NCBI GenBank assembly: GCA_045805565.1
Contig: JBJMKZ010000050.1
Location: forward strand, 13,858 to 77,857
DNA length: 64,000 nt
Reading direction: 5' to 3'
Source of the DNA: Solirubrobacteraceae bacterium
GTDB taxonomy: Bacteria > Actinomycetota > Thermoleophilia > Solirubrobacterales > Solirubrobacteraceae
The position numbers and the translations under genes were made by a program. Below are positions 15,544 to 23,845 of the stretch, piece by piece; the stretch's first letter is position 1; each line of letters opens with the position of its first letter. The notes beneath the pieces are model-generated. The model made no database searches and was not told where the DNA came from. It saw only the letters and a list, made by a program, of their open reading frames with translations.

Positions 15544-16445
15544 GCGAACCCGCGTCGGTGCGGGCGGGAAGGCGGGTGATCGAGATCACCCATCCCGAGC
15601 GCGTCATGTTCTCGCAAGCCGGCCTGACCAAGCTGGACCTGGCGCGCTACTACGGGCGCGTCGCGACGGCGATGGTGCCCCACACCCGGGATCGGCCGGT
15701 GACGATGCAGACGTTCCCCGGTGGAGCCGGCGGCGACGGCTATGTGATCAAGCAGGCGCCGCGCCACTTCCCGATGTGGATCGCCCGCGCCCGGATGGAG
15801 AAGAAGGGCGGCAGCGTCGAGCACGTCCTGGCCAACGACGCGGGCACGCTGGTCTACCTGGCCGGCCAGAACGTGATCACCCCCCACGTCTGGCCCGCGC
15901 GCGCCGACCGGCCCGACCGGCCGGACCGCCTGATCTTCGACCTCGACCCGCCGGCCGGAACCCGGTTCGCCGAGGTACGGGCCGTCGCCCGCTCGCTCGG
16001 CGACGCCCTGCGCGACCTCGGCCTCGAGCCGTTCGCGATGACCACCGGCTCGCGCGGAGTGCACGTGGTCGTCCCGCTGCGCCGAACCTCGTCGTGGGCC
16101 CAGACCCGGGCATTCGCCCGAACGATGGCCAACCGGCTGGTGGGCGAGAACCGCAGCGCGCTTACGACCGCGCGCTACAAGTCCCAGCGCCGGGGGCGAA
16201 TCTTCGTCGACACCGGGCGCACCACCTATGCCCACCACGCCGCCGCCCCCTACGCGGTTCGGCCCAGGCCGAACGCCCCGGTCGCGACGCCCCTGCGCTG
16301 GGAGGAGCTCGAGGACCGCCGGCTCGATCCCCAGGGGTGGACGATCCAGACGCTCCCACGCCGCCTGGAGTCGGAGGGCGACCCGTGGCGCGGGATCGGG
16401 CGGCACTCCCGGGCGCTGGGGCGGGCAGCGGCGCGACTGGGCTAG
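15540..16445 (+). CDS. Stand-alone LigD polymerase/primase domain (NHEJ PolDom)
   Basis: ATGA overlap with the ligase stop. Blocks: ITHPERVMF..GLTKLDLARYY, LIFDLDP, SGSRGVHVVVPL. Confidence 0.85.
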   Translation: MSEPASVRAGRRVIEITHPERVMFSQAGLTKLDLARYYGRVATAMVPHTRDRPVTMQTFPGGAGGDGYVIKQAPRHFPMWIARARMEKKGGSVEHVLANDAGTLVYLAGQNVITPHVWPARADRPDRPDRLIFDLDPPAGTRFAEVRAVARSLGDALRDLGLEPFAMTTGSRGVHVVVPLRRTSSWAQTRAFARTMANRLVGENRSALTTARYKSQRRGRIFVDTGRTTYAHHAAAPYAVRPRPNAPVATPLRWEELEDRRLDPQGWTIQTLPRRLESEGDPWRGIGRHSRALGRAAARLG

Positions 16446-16876
16446 CGGGTCGCCTCGTCCAGGCGCCGCCGGAAGCCGCCCGCCCCCGTCACGAGCGCGC
16501 CGGCGGCGCGAGCCCGCGCGGCAAGCTCCGCGTCCGACGTCACCACGGTCACGGTCCCGGGGTGGGCGTCGGCGGAAAGGTTCTCGACGATCGCGTCGTC
16601 CGCGCTGGGCGCGAAGACGACCTCGACCGATCGGGTCGGAGGCAGCTCGAACGGGCGCCCGTCGAAGACGGCCGTGACCTCGTCCCCCGCCCGGCGGGCG
16701 AAGGACTCGAGATCCGCCAGCAGGGCGCACCCGGCGCCCTCGCGGTCGCGCCACCAGCCGTCGGGACGCGACCCGATCACGTTCATGGCGTCCACCAACC
16801 AGCGCACGAGCGGTCGCGGATGATGACGTAGAAGGCGGTTCCGCAGCCGGGTGCCGTGGCGGCGGGGTCCGGTCAT
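16442..16876 (-). CDS. NYN-domain (YacP-like) predicted RNase
   Basis: The block WLVDAMNVIGSRPDGWWRDR is typical of actinobacterial NYN/YacP proteins. An alternative GTG start lies at 16807. The stop overlaps the PolDom stop in a CTAG. Confidence 0.7.
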   Translation of the reverse strand: MTGPRRHGTRLRNRLLRHHPRPLVRWLVDAMNVIGSRPDGWWRDREGAGCALLADLESFARRAGDEVTAVFDGRPFELPPTRSVEVVFAPSADDAIVENLSADAHPGTVTVVTSDAELAARARAAGALVTGAGGFRRRLDEATR

Positions 16877-16889
16877 CTAGGCTGGGTCG

Positions 16890-17543
16890 ATGGACGTCGT
16901 GGTGGCGGGCGGTCACGGCAAGGTTGCCCAGCGGCTGCTCGAGCGACTGGCGGCCGCTGGGGATCGCGCCCGCGGCCTGATCCGCAACCCCGATCATGCC
17001 GCCGACCTCGAGCGTCTGGGGGCCGAGCCGGTGCTCGCCGACCTCGAGGCCGAGCAGGACATCTCCCGGCACCTGGTCGGCGCCGACGCGGTGGTGTTCG
17101 CCGCCGGCGCCGGGCCGGGGAGTGGCCCCGAACGCAAGCGGACCGTCGATCTGGGCGGGGCGCTGAAGCTGATCGAGGGTGCCCGGGCCCAGGGCGTTGG
17201 CCGCTACGTGATGGTCAGCGCGATGGGCGCGGCCGATCCCGCCGCCGGCCCGCCGGCGATGCGCCCGTACCTCGAGGCCAAGGCCGAGGCGGACGCCGCG
17301 CTGCGCGCCAGCGGACTGGAGTGGACGATCGTCCGGCCCGGTCGGCTCACCGACGATCCGGCCACCGGCCGGGTGGCCGTGGCTCCCGGCCTGCACCGCC
17401 ACGGCGAGATCCCCCGTGACGACACCGCGGCCGTCCTGGCCGCCACGCTTCACGCGCCCAGCACGATCGGGCTCGCGTTCGAGGTGCTGGCCGGCGACAC
17501 CCCCGTCGAGGAGGCCGTCGCGGCGCTCCAGACCGGCAGTTGA
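16890..17543 (+). CDS. NAD(P)H-binding atypical SDR (NmrA-like) protein
   Basis: N-terminus VVVAGGHGKVAQRL (GxxGxxG), then YVMVSAMG and a YLEAK(A) block, as in NAD(P)-binding_10 proteins. Confidence 0.8.
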   Translation: MDVVVAGGHGKVAQRLLERLAAAGDRARGLIRNPDHAADLERLGAEPVLADLEAEQDISRHLVGADAVVFAAGAGPGSGPERKRTVDLGGALKLIEGARAQGVGRYVMVSAMGAADPAAGPPAMRPYLEAKAEADAALRASGLEWTIVRPGRLTDDPATGRVAVAPGLHRHGEIPRDDTAAVLAATLHAPSTIGLAFEVLAGDTPVEEAVAALQTGS

Positions 17544-17576
17544 CGGATTTTTCCCCTAGAGGTCCGCTCAGCTGGC

Positions 17577-17582
17577 TAGGGT
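17577..17582 (+). promoter_or_regulatory. Possible -10 element (TAGGGT) giving a leaderless transcript for the 17590 gene
   Basis: TAGGGT fits the actinobacterial TAnnnT -10. It ends 7 nt before ATG 17590, and there is no SD between them. Confidence 0.3.
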
Positions 17583-17589
17583 TGCGACC

Positions 17590-18453
17590 ATGCGCGAAAA
17601 ACTAGACATCGGCGGCGTAATCAGCCGCGTCTTCAATACGTATCGCGACCAGGCCGGAGTGCTCCTACCGGCCGCGGTCCTCGTGTACCTCCCATTCGCG
17701 ATCATCAACGGGATCATTCTCAGCACTGGAGCGAACGTCATCCTGGTGTTCATCACCTCGATCCTGCAGGCGATCGCCGCGTTGCTGTTCACGGGAATGG
17801 TCGTGCAGCTGGTGCGCGATATCCAGGACGGGAGACGCGACTCGTCGATCGGCCAGCTTTTCGAGTCGGTGGTTCCGGTTCTCGGTGCCCTGATCGGGGT
17901 CATCATCCTGGCGGCGATCGGGATCACGATCGGGTTCATCCTGCTCATCGTGCCGGGGCTGATCCTCCTGACCCTCTGGGCGGTTGTGGTTCCGGTCACG
18001 GTGGTGGAGCGACCCGGCGTCACCGCCGCGTTCGGCCGAAGCCGGGAGCTCGTGAGAGGAAGCGGCTGGCAGGTCTTGGCCGTGCTCGTGATCTTCTTCC
18101 TCATCCAGGTCGTACTCGGGCGGGTTCTCGGCGCGATCGTTGCGGGCATCACCGCCAGCGTGGTCGGCGTGATCATCGCCCAGCTCCTCGTCAACGTGCT
18201 CGTCGGACCGCTGACCGCCCTCGCTCAGCCGACGATGTACTTCGATCTGCGTCGGCTCAAGGAGGCTGCGCCCGCGGCTGCGGGCGCGGTCGAGCCCGCG
18301 CCCGCCGGGGCGGCGCCCACGGGTGGCACCGGTGCGCCGGCGCCCGGCGCGGGGACGCCCGGGCCCGGCCCGGCCGGCCCCGGGCCCGGGGGCCCGACCC
18401 AGCCGGGTCAGCCGCCGCCACCGTCGCAGCCGCCCCCTCCCGCGGCCGGCTGA
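17590..18453 (+). CDS. Polytopic membrane protein with Pro/Gly/Ala-rich C-terminal tail, uncharacterized
   Basis: 287 aa with about 5 TM helices. The tail reads APAAAGAVEPAPAGAAPTGGTGAPAPGAGTPGPGPAGPGPGGPTQPGQPPPPSQPPPPAAG. The body is visibly less GC-rich than its neighbours. Confidence 0.7.
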   Translation: MREKLDIGGVISRVFNTYRDQAGVLLPAAVLVYLPFAIINGIILSTGANVILVFITSILQAIAALLFTGMVVQLVRDIQDGRRDSSIGQLFESVVPVLGALIGVIILAAIGITIGFILLIVPGLILLTLWAVVVPVTVVERPGVTAAFGRSRELVRGSGWQVLAVLVIFFLIQVVLGRVLGAIVAGITASVVGVIIAQLLVNVLVGPLTALAQPTMYFDLRRLKEAAPAAAGAVEPAPAGAAPTGGTGAPAPGAGTPGPGPAGPGPGGPTQPGQPPPPSQPPPPAAG

Positions 18454-18473
18454 GCCGCACCTCGAGCTGGCTT

Positions 18474-18503
18474 CCCGTCCGGGCGCGCTCGCGCCCGGAC
18501 GGG
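18474..18503 (+). terminator. Perfect 13-bp stem / 4-nt loop hairpin after the membrane-protein gene
   Basis: Sequence: CCCGTCCGGGCGC-gctc-GCGCCCGGACGGG, 20 nt after the stop. There is no U-tract, which is common in high-GC actinobacteria. Confidence 0.4.
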
Positions 18504-18650
18504 TCGACGTCGTACGCCCGGCCGGCAGAGCACCGGCTCGAGCGCTCGCGACGCTCGCCTGGGTGAACGAACCCTCGACATTCACCCAGCGCCGTTCAGT
18601 ACAGTGCGCCGGCAGGACGCGATCTGCGTCCCAGTCCCAGGAGGATCGGC

Positions 18651-19757
18651 TTGACCAGGGTGCCGCGCCCGGCGCTGTCACTCGTCGCTCAGGGCGCCGC
18701 GGCGCTCTGGCTGCTGTTGGCCGCGCAGGTGTCACCGGCGCGTGCGGCGGCGGCGCCCACCGCGGCCGGGCCGGCGGTTGCGCCGCTGGACGCGTCGCGC
18801 CTCGGTCGCTCGCCCGTGGCGATCCGCGACCGCGAGATGAGCCCGGCCGCTGCCAACCGCGCGCTGCGCCCGGAACCCGGCAGCTTCGACGGCCGCTACC
18901 CGGTCGGCGACGGCCACACCGTTCGCGTGATCCTGTCGGCGTTCTTCCCCCCCGGGCCCGCCCTCCCGCAGTCGGTGGCCGGCTTCATGGGGAGGCTGGT
19001 CCACGGCGCCGAGATGGACCGCGTCACCGTCTTCCTGGCGCCCCGGGAGGAGATCGCCCTGGCGTGCGGCGCGGGCGCGCTGGCCTGCTACAGCCAGCTC
19101 GACAACCTCATGCTGGTTCCGGCCGCGACGTCGTCCGACGGCATTTCCCGCGAGGAGATCATCGCGCATGAATACGGCCACGCCGTGGCGAATGCCCGCA
19201 GCAACTTCCCCTTCCCGGCGATCGCGTTCGGGACCAAGCGGTGGGCCACCTACGAGCACGTGTGCCAGCGGGTGTTCAGCGGTCCGCGCCCGAAGTCTCC
19301 TGCGGCCAGCTACCGGCAGGCGCCTGGTGAGGCGTTCGCCGACTCCTACCGGATCCTCAACGGAGGAAGCCCGGCGCTGTGGGCGTTCGACCGCAGATAT
19401 TTCCCCAACGCCATCGCCTTGAGGGCCATCCGGCTCGACGTGCTGCGGCCCTGGTCCCAGCGCCCGCCGTTCTCGCTGCGGGGCGCCTTCTCCCCCTTTC
19501 GATCCGGCTCGACCCGACGGTTTCGGATCGTCACCCCGCTGGACGGGCTCGTACGCTTGACCCTCACCGCACCACCGGGGGCCAACTACGACCTCGAGAT
19601 GCGGATGCCGCGCGGACGCCCCCCGGTGACCAGATCGGCGCGGCCGGGGCGGATCGAGCGCCTGGCCAGCGTGATCTGCGGCAGCCGGGTGGTATTCGTG
19701 ACGGTGCGTCGCGCGAGCGGATCCGGCCGCTTCCGCCTCAGCGTCTCGAGACCCTGA
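18651..19757 (+). CDS. Secreted putative zinc metalloprotease (HExxH) with C-terminal PPC-like beta domain
   Basis: TTG start with AGGAGGA upstream and a signal peptide (ALSLVAQGAAALWLLLAAQVSPARA). The HExxH motif is IIAHEYGHAVA. The C-terminus (RFRIVTPLDGLVRLTLTAPPGANYDLEM..RFRLSVSRP) resembles a pre-peptidase C-terminal domain. Confidence 0.65.
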   Translation: MTRVPRPALSLVAQGAAALWLLLAAQVSPARAAAAPTAAGPAVAPLDASRLGRSPVAIRDREMSPAAANRALRPEPGSFDGRYPVGDGHTVRVILSAFFPPGPALPQSVAGFMGRLVHGAEMDRVTVFLAPREEIALACGAGALACYSQLDNLMLVPAATSSDGISREEIIAHEYGHAVANARSNFPFPAIAFGTKRWATYEHVCQRVFSGPRPKSPAASYRQAPGEAFADSYRILNGGSPALWAFDRRYFPNAIALRAIRLDVLRPWSQRPPFSLRGAFSPFRSGSTRRFRIVTPLDGLVRLTLTAPPGANYDLEMRMPRGRPPVTRSARPGRIERLASVICGSRVVFVTVRRASGSGRFRLSVSRP

Positions 19758-19764
19758 CCGACGC

Positions 19765-20256
19765 TCAGCCCGGTTGCACCACGATCGCGTCGCCCACCGC
19801 GATCGAGCCGCCCGCCACCAGGTCCGCCCTCAGCCCGCCCCGCCCCGCCAGCCCGCTCAGCACCCCCGGATGGGTGAGCCGAGCCAGGTGCGTGCACGGC
19901 TCGCAGGGGCGGACCCCGACGCAGGTCGCGTTCCCGATCAGGAAGCGGCGGCCCAGCAGGGCGTCGAGGGCGATCCCCCGGGTGAGCAGGTTGCGCCGGC
20001 TGGCGGCCCCGGTGAGCTCGATGCCGTGCTCGGCAGCCAGCGCCTCCAGGGCCTCGGCGGCGATCAGCGTCAGGTCGCGACCGTTGCCGCGCCCCTTCCA
20101 CGAGAACGACCCGGTCCCGTCGTGGTAGCGGTCGCCCTCCAGTCCGCGACCGCAGGCCGCACGGACGCGCGTCACGGCGACCGGCAGCTCCCGAGCTCGA
20201 GGCGAGAGGAAGATCGCCTCCACCCGACCGCCGTTGCCGCTGCCGCCCGGCGCCAT
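19765..20256 (-). CDS. MOSC-domain protein
   Basis: ATG 20254-20256. Blocks: GLEGDRY, RNLLTRGI, and the conserved Cys region VGVRPCEPCTHL. Confidence 0.75.
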   Translation of the reverse strand: MAPGGSGNGGRVEAIFLSPRARELPVAVTRVRAACGRGLEGDRYHDGTGSFSWKGRGNGRDLTLIAAEALEALAAEHGIELTGAASRRNLLTRGIALDALLGRRFLIGNATCVGVRPCEPCTHLARLTHPGVLSGLAGRGGLRADLVAGGSIAVGDAIVVQPG

Positions 20257-20278
20257 CACGCGTGCCAGGCTACCTGGG

Positions 20279-22039
20279 TCAGCGTCGCGCCAGCTCGCGT
20301 TCGGTGGCCTCCAGCACCTCGCGCCGGCGCCGATGGGAACCCTCGTAGAGACGGACCACCCCAAGCTCCGCATCGGCCGAGGCCGCGAGCCGGTCCACGA
20401 TCTGCGGCGCCTGCATGCTGTCGTAGTTGGGCCACGGCTCCTCGACATGCAGCTCGGGGCCGGCCCCCTCCTCGGCCCCGGGCTCGGCGGACTCGGCCAC
20501 CAGCCCGACCCCCTCGTCCACGTGCTCGGGCTCGGGCTCAAGGGCCTCGGCCGGGCCTCGGGCCGGCTCGTCGGCGGGCGGCGCCGGCTCGTCGGCGGGC
20601 GGCGCCGGCTCGTCGGCGGGCGGCGTGGGCGTCTCCGGCGTCGCCTGGGTCACGGGCGCCACTTCCGCCGCCTCGGCGAGCTCGGTCAGTGCCGCCTCGA
20701 AGTCGCCGGCCAGCGCGTCCAGCTCGGGCAGCGCCTCGAAGTCGGCACTCAGCCCGAAGTGCATGCCGCCGTTGTAGGAAACGATCGCCACGCCCAGCGC
20801 CAGGTTCTTGCCCAGCGGGACCATCGGGAAGATGTCCTCGAGCTGGCGCCCCTCGAACGACAGGGCGTCCTGGGGACCGGGCACGTTGGTGACCACGAGA
20901 TTGACGAAGCGCTGACGCGCGGTCAGCCGCGCCGCCTGGTCGAGCAGGTTGGGAGGGGCGAAGCCGGCCAGCTCGGTGAGCGCCTGCGCTCCGACCGCCT
21001 GTCCGGAGTCCTTGATCTGACGGGTCACGCCGCTGATCCGCCGCAGGCAGGTGGCGGGGTGCTCGCAGGAGACCGGCAGCGGCACGATCATTCCCGACAC
21101 CCGGTTCCCGGTCTCCACGCGCTCGTCCTCTGCCCTCACCGAGATCGGGACGAACGCCTTGAGCTCCAGGCCGTCGGTCTCCCAGCCGCGCCGCTCGAGG
21201 TCACGCCGCAGGGCGCGGGTGACCACCGTGAGCACCACGTCGTTGACGGTTCCGCCCAGCTCGTTCTTGATCGCCTTCATCTCCTCCAGCCCCGCGCGGA
21301 CCCAAGCGAAGCGGCGGTCGCCTCCGATCGGGCGGTTGTACGGCGACGGCGGCGCCGGGCTCAGGCCCGCCCACGCCATCGCGCCGAGCCCGACCGCGAG
21401 CTCCAGCGCGCGCCCGGCGACCCTCCGCGGCCGCCGGAGCAGGGCCAGCGCCGGTCGTACCAGCTCGGCCGGCATGGTGGCGCGCTCGAGCAGAGCCTCG
21501 GCTAGCAGCGCCACGCCGGCCGGCGAGGGACGCGGTCGCCACGGCCCCGAGTCCGCGTCCGCGGGCTCCTCCTCGGAGGAGAACAGGACGCTGAGCAGGT
21601 CGAGGCCCGAGATGCCGTCCACCAGCGCGTGGTGGGTCTTGGAGACGACCGCGAACCTGCCGCCCTCGAGACCCTCCACCAGCCACAGCTCCCACAGCGG
21701 CCGCTGCCGCGTGAGCGGCTGCGAGAAGACCCTCGCCGTCAGCACCTGCAGCTCGTATTCGGTGCCTGGCCTGGGCAATGCGGTGGCACGGACGTGGAAG
21801 CGCACGTCGAAGACGGGATCGTCCACCCACTTGGGACGGCCCTGGCCGAGCGGGATCGGCGCCAGCTTCTGGCGGTAGCGCGGGACGAGGTCCAACCGGG
21901 AACCCACGAACGAGACGAAATCGTCGTAGGGGGGCGGCTCGCCCTCGAAGATCATCACCGCCCCGACGTGCATGTGGGACGAGCCGTCCTCGAGGTGCAG
22001 GAATGAGGCGTCGAGGGGAGTGAGGCGGTCGCTGGCCAT
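20279..22039 (-). CDS. Wax ester synthase/diacylglycerol acyltransferase (WS/DGAT) with about 115-aa C-terminal extension
   Basis: N-terminus LTPLDASFLHLE. The catalytic motif is HHALVDGISG. A WS/DGAT C-domain follows, then a PPADEPA x3 repeat, an acidic linker and a terminal helical module. Confidence 0.85.
   Translation of the reverse strand: MASDRLTPLDASFLHLEDGSSHMHVGAVMIFEGEPPPYDDFVSFVGSRLDLVPRYRQKLAPIPLGQGRPKWVDDPVFDVRFHVRATALPRPGTEYELQVLTARVFSQPLTRQRPLWELWLVEGLEGGRFAVVSKTHHALVDGISGLDLLSVLFSSEEEPADADSGPWRPRPSPAGVALLAEALLERATMPAELVRPALALLRRPRRVAGRALELAVGLGAMAWAGLSPAPPSPYNRPIGGDRRFAWVRAGLEEMKAIKNELGGTVNDVVLTVVTRALRRDLERRGWETDGLELKAFVPISVRAEDERVETGNRVSGMIVPLPVSCEHPATCLRRISGVTRQIKDSGQAVGAQALTELAGFAPPNLLDQAARLTARQRFVNLVVTNVPGPQDALSFEGRQLEDIFPMVPLGKNLALGVAIVSYNGGMHFGLSADFEALPELDALAGDFEAALTELAEAAEVAPVTQATPETPTPPADEPAPPADEPAPPADEPARGPAEALEPEPEHVDEGVGLVAESAEPGAEEGAGPELHVEEPWPNYDSMQAPQIVDRLAASADAELGVVRLYEGSHRRRREVLEATERELARR
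20563..20625. repeat. 3 x 21-bp perfect tandem repeat inside the WS/DGAT gene (encodes PPADEPA x3)
   Basis: CCGGCTCGTCGGCGGGCGGCG is repeated three times head-to-tail and in frame. Confidence 0.9.
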
Positions 22040-22149
22040 GGCGGGGTCCTACCCGGGCGGCGCGGCGACCTATCCCCCGGGTGGTCCAGGGCGGTTCCCG
22101 GCGCGCTCGGTGGCGACGGTTCCCGCCGCTTTGGCGCTACGGTCACTCG

Positions 22150-23052
22150 ATGCTCGCGGTCCTACTGGCGCTCGCCGCGGCGTTCCTGTTCGCGGCCGGA
22201 AGCGTGCTCCAGCAGAAGGCGGCCGCCACCGCGACCGACGAGGAGGCGCGGCGTGCGGGCTTCCTCCTGCAGCTGGCGCGGCGGCCCGCCTGGCTCGCCG
22301 GCATCGCGATGGACGCCCTGGGCTTCGCCTGCCAGGCGACGGCCCTGGGAGTGGGGCGGATCATCGTGGTCCAGCCGCTGCTGACCACCACGATGGTGTT
22401 CGCGCTTCCCCTCGGCGCCCGCGTCACGCGGCAGCGCGTGGGGCGTCGGCAGATCATCGGAGCGCTGGCGGTGACGGTCGGAGTGGCGGCCTTCCTGCTG
22501 ATCAGCCGCCCGGCCGGCGGTCGCAACGACGCCCCCGCGGCCCACTGGCTGGCCGCCGCGGCCCCGATCGCCGCTGGGGCCGTGCTCCTCCTCGTGGCCG
22601 GCGCGCATCGGCGCCCGGCGCTGAAGGCGGCAATGCTCGGAACCGCCGCCGGCCTCATGTTCGGACTGGGCGCAGCCCTGACCAAGGCGACCGTCGACCG
22701 GCTCGATCGCGGGGTGCTCGCGCTCGTCCTCGATTGGCACCTCTACGCGGTCATCGTGGTCGGCTACGTGAGCATGACCCTCATCGCGGGGGCCCTGCAG
22801 ACCCGGGAGCTGGCGCCGGCCATCGCCACCTCGATGTCCCTGGACGCGCTGACCAGCATCCTGCTGGGATCGGCGCTGTTCGGCGAGTCCATCCGCCACA
22901 CCCCGGGCGCCGTCGCCGGCTCGGTCGTCGCGCTGATGGTCATGTTCGCGGGCCTCGCGGTCCTGGCACGCGCCCAGCCGGCCGAGCCGCGGCCCCCGCC
23001 GGTAGCGGCGCCGTCAGGCCCGGCGCGACTCGTACGCCGTACCATCGTCTAG
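22150..23052 (+). CDS. DMT-superfamily-like polytopic membrane transporter
   Basis: ATG 22150 (MLAVLLALAAAFLFAAGSVLQQKAA..). It has about 9-10 TM helices, and the N-terminal block is typical of actinobacterial DMT/NIPA-like proteins. Confidence 0.7.
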   Translation: MLAVLLALAAAFLFAAGSVLQQKAAATATDEEARRAGFLLQLARRPAWLAGIAMDALGFACQATALGVGRIIVVQPLLTTTMVFALPLGARVTRQRVGRRQIIGALAVTVGVAAFLLISRPAGGRNDAPAAHWLAAAAPIAAGAVLLLVAGAHRRPALKAAMLGTAAGLMFGLGAALTKATVDRLDRGVLALVLDWHLYAVIVVGYVSMTLIAGALQTRELAPAIATSMSLDALTSILLGSALFGESIRHTPGAVAGSVVALMVMFAGLAVLARAQPAEPRPPPVAAPSGPARLVRRTIV

Positions 23053-23078
23053 CCGCCCGGATGCCTCCCGACTAGCCA

Positions 23079-23822
23079 TTGGCTGCACCGATGGACGCGG
23101 TTCGTCATCATGTATTGCTTCGTCCCACGGCGCGGAGCGATCCAGCCCGGACAGGCCTGACCTTGGAACGCCATCCTCGACCCTCCCGCCCACTGGCGCT
23201 GCTGTTGACCGGCGGCCTGCTGGCCCTTGCCGCCGCCGGCTGCGGCGGTACCGACAAGATCACCCCGGTATCGGATCCGACCGGAGCGACGACCCCCAAG
23301 CCCACGGTCAAATTCTCGGGGTCGGGCGGGCTCGTCTCGCTGGGGGGGAAGTCCGGGAAGGGCGGCAACGGCAACGGCGGGGGCCATGGCGGCAACGGGA
23401 ACGGCTGGGCGAACTTGGGCGGCGGCCACGGCGGGAAGGGCAACGGCAACGGCAACGGCAACAACGCCAACGCCAACGGCTTCCCGCGCACCGACGGCAA
23501 TCCCAAGACCTCGTCACAGCCGGGAGATATAGCCGGGGCGGTCGACTGCAAGACCAATGACTCCGGCGACTCCGGCAAGTCCGGCGACTCCGGCAAGTCC
23601 GGCGACTCCGGCAACTCGAGCGACTGCGTCGCGACCATCAACTGCACCAACGTCCGCCTGCCCGGGCCCGAATGCTGCCCGTTCCCCATCCCCTCCGACG
23701 AGGGCGGCGGCAAGCGCAAGGGCTCCTCGAAGGGTGCCTGCCCGAAGGCTGAGTCCGACCAGACCAAGAGCTCGTCGGACAAGCAGGGTCACAAGGGCAA
23801 GGGCAAGGGCAAGAGCAACTAG
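23079..23822 (+). CDS. Low-complexity Gly/Asn/Ser/Lys-rich, Cys-containing lipoprotein, uncharacterized
   Basis: Lipobox LLALAAAGC. GNGNGN and GDSGKS repeats are followed by a Cys-rich block (VDCKT, SDCVATINCTN, PECCPFP, GACPK) and a Lys-rich tail. The real start may be TTG 23163 rather than 23079. Confidence 0.6.
   Translation: MAAPMDAVRHHVLLRPTARSDPARTGLTLERHPRPSRPLALLLTGGLLALAAAGCGGTDKITPVSDPTGATTPKPTVKFSGSGGLVSLGGKSGKGGNGNGGGHGGNGNGWANLGGGHGGKGNGNGNGNNANANGFPRTDGNPKTSSQPGDIAGAVDCKTNDSGDSGKSGDSGKSGDSGNSSDCVATINCTNVRLPGPECCPFPIPSDEGGGKRKGSSKGACPKAESDQTKSSSDKQGHKGKGKGKSN
23439..23480. repeat. Hexanucleotide microsatellite (GGCAAC)4(AACGCC)2AACGGC, coding GNGNGNGNNANANG
   Basis: Read directly from the sequence. 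A shorter GGCAACGGCAACGGC copy lies at about 23362. Confidence 0.85.
23559..23612. repeat. 9/18-bp tandem repeat GACTCCGGC(AAGTCCGGC) coding DSG(DSGKSG)2DSG
   Basis: Read directly from the sequence. The repeat is in frame within the lipoprotein gene. Confidence 0.85.
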
Positions 23823-23845
23823 CCCGCCGGCCGGGGCGACGGCGC

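Noticed and set aside
13959-16445. Ku gene expected next to the LigD genes
   Set aside because: I searched all frames of the flanks by eye. The neighbours are a PP2C phosphatase and a NYN protein, and there is no Ku-like beta-barrel ORF. Ku must be elsewhere or absent. This is recorded as an observation, not a feature.
20563-23612. Tandem repeats (21-bp x3; GGCAAC microsatellite; 9/18-bp repeat) considered as CRISPR or other non-coding arrays
   Set aside because: The repeats are contiguous without spacers, are multiples of 3, and lie in frame inside well-supported coding regions. No cas genes are present. They are coding repeats, not CRISPR.
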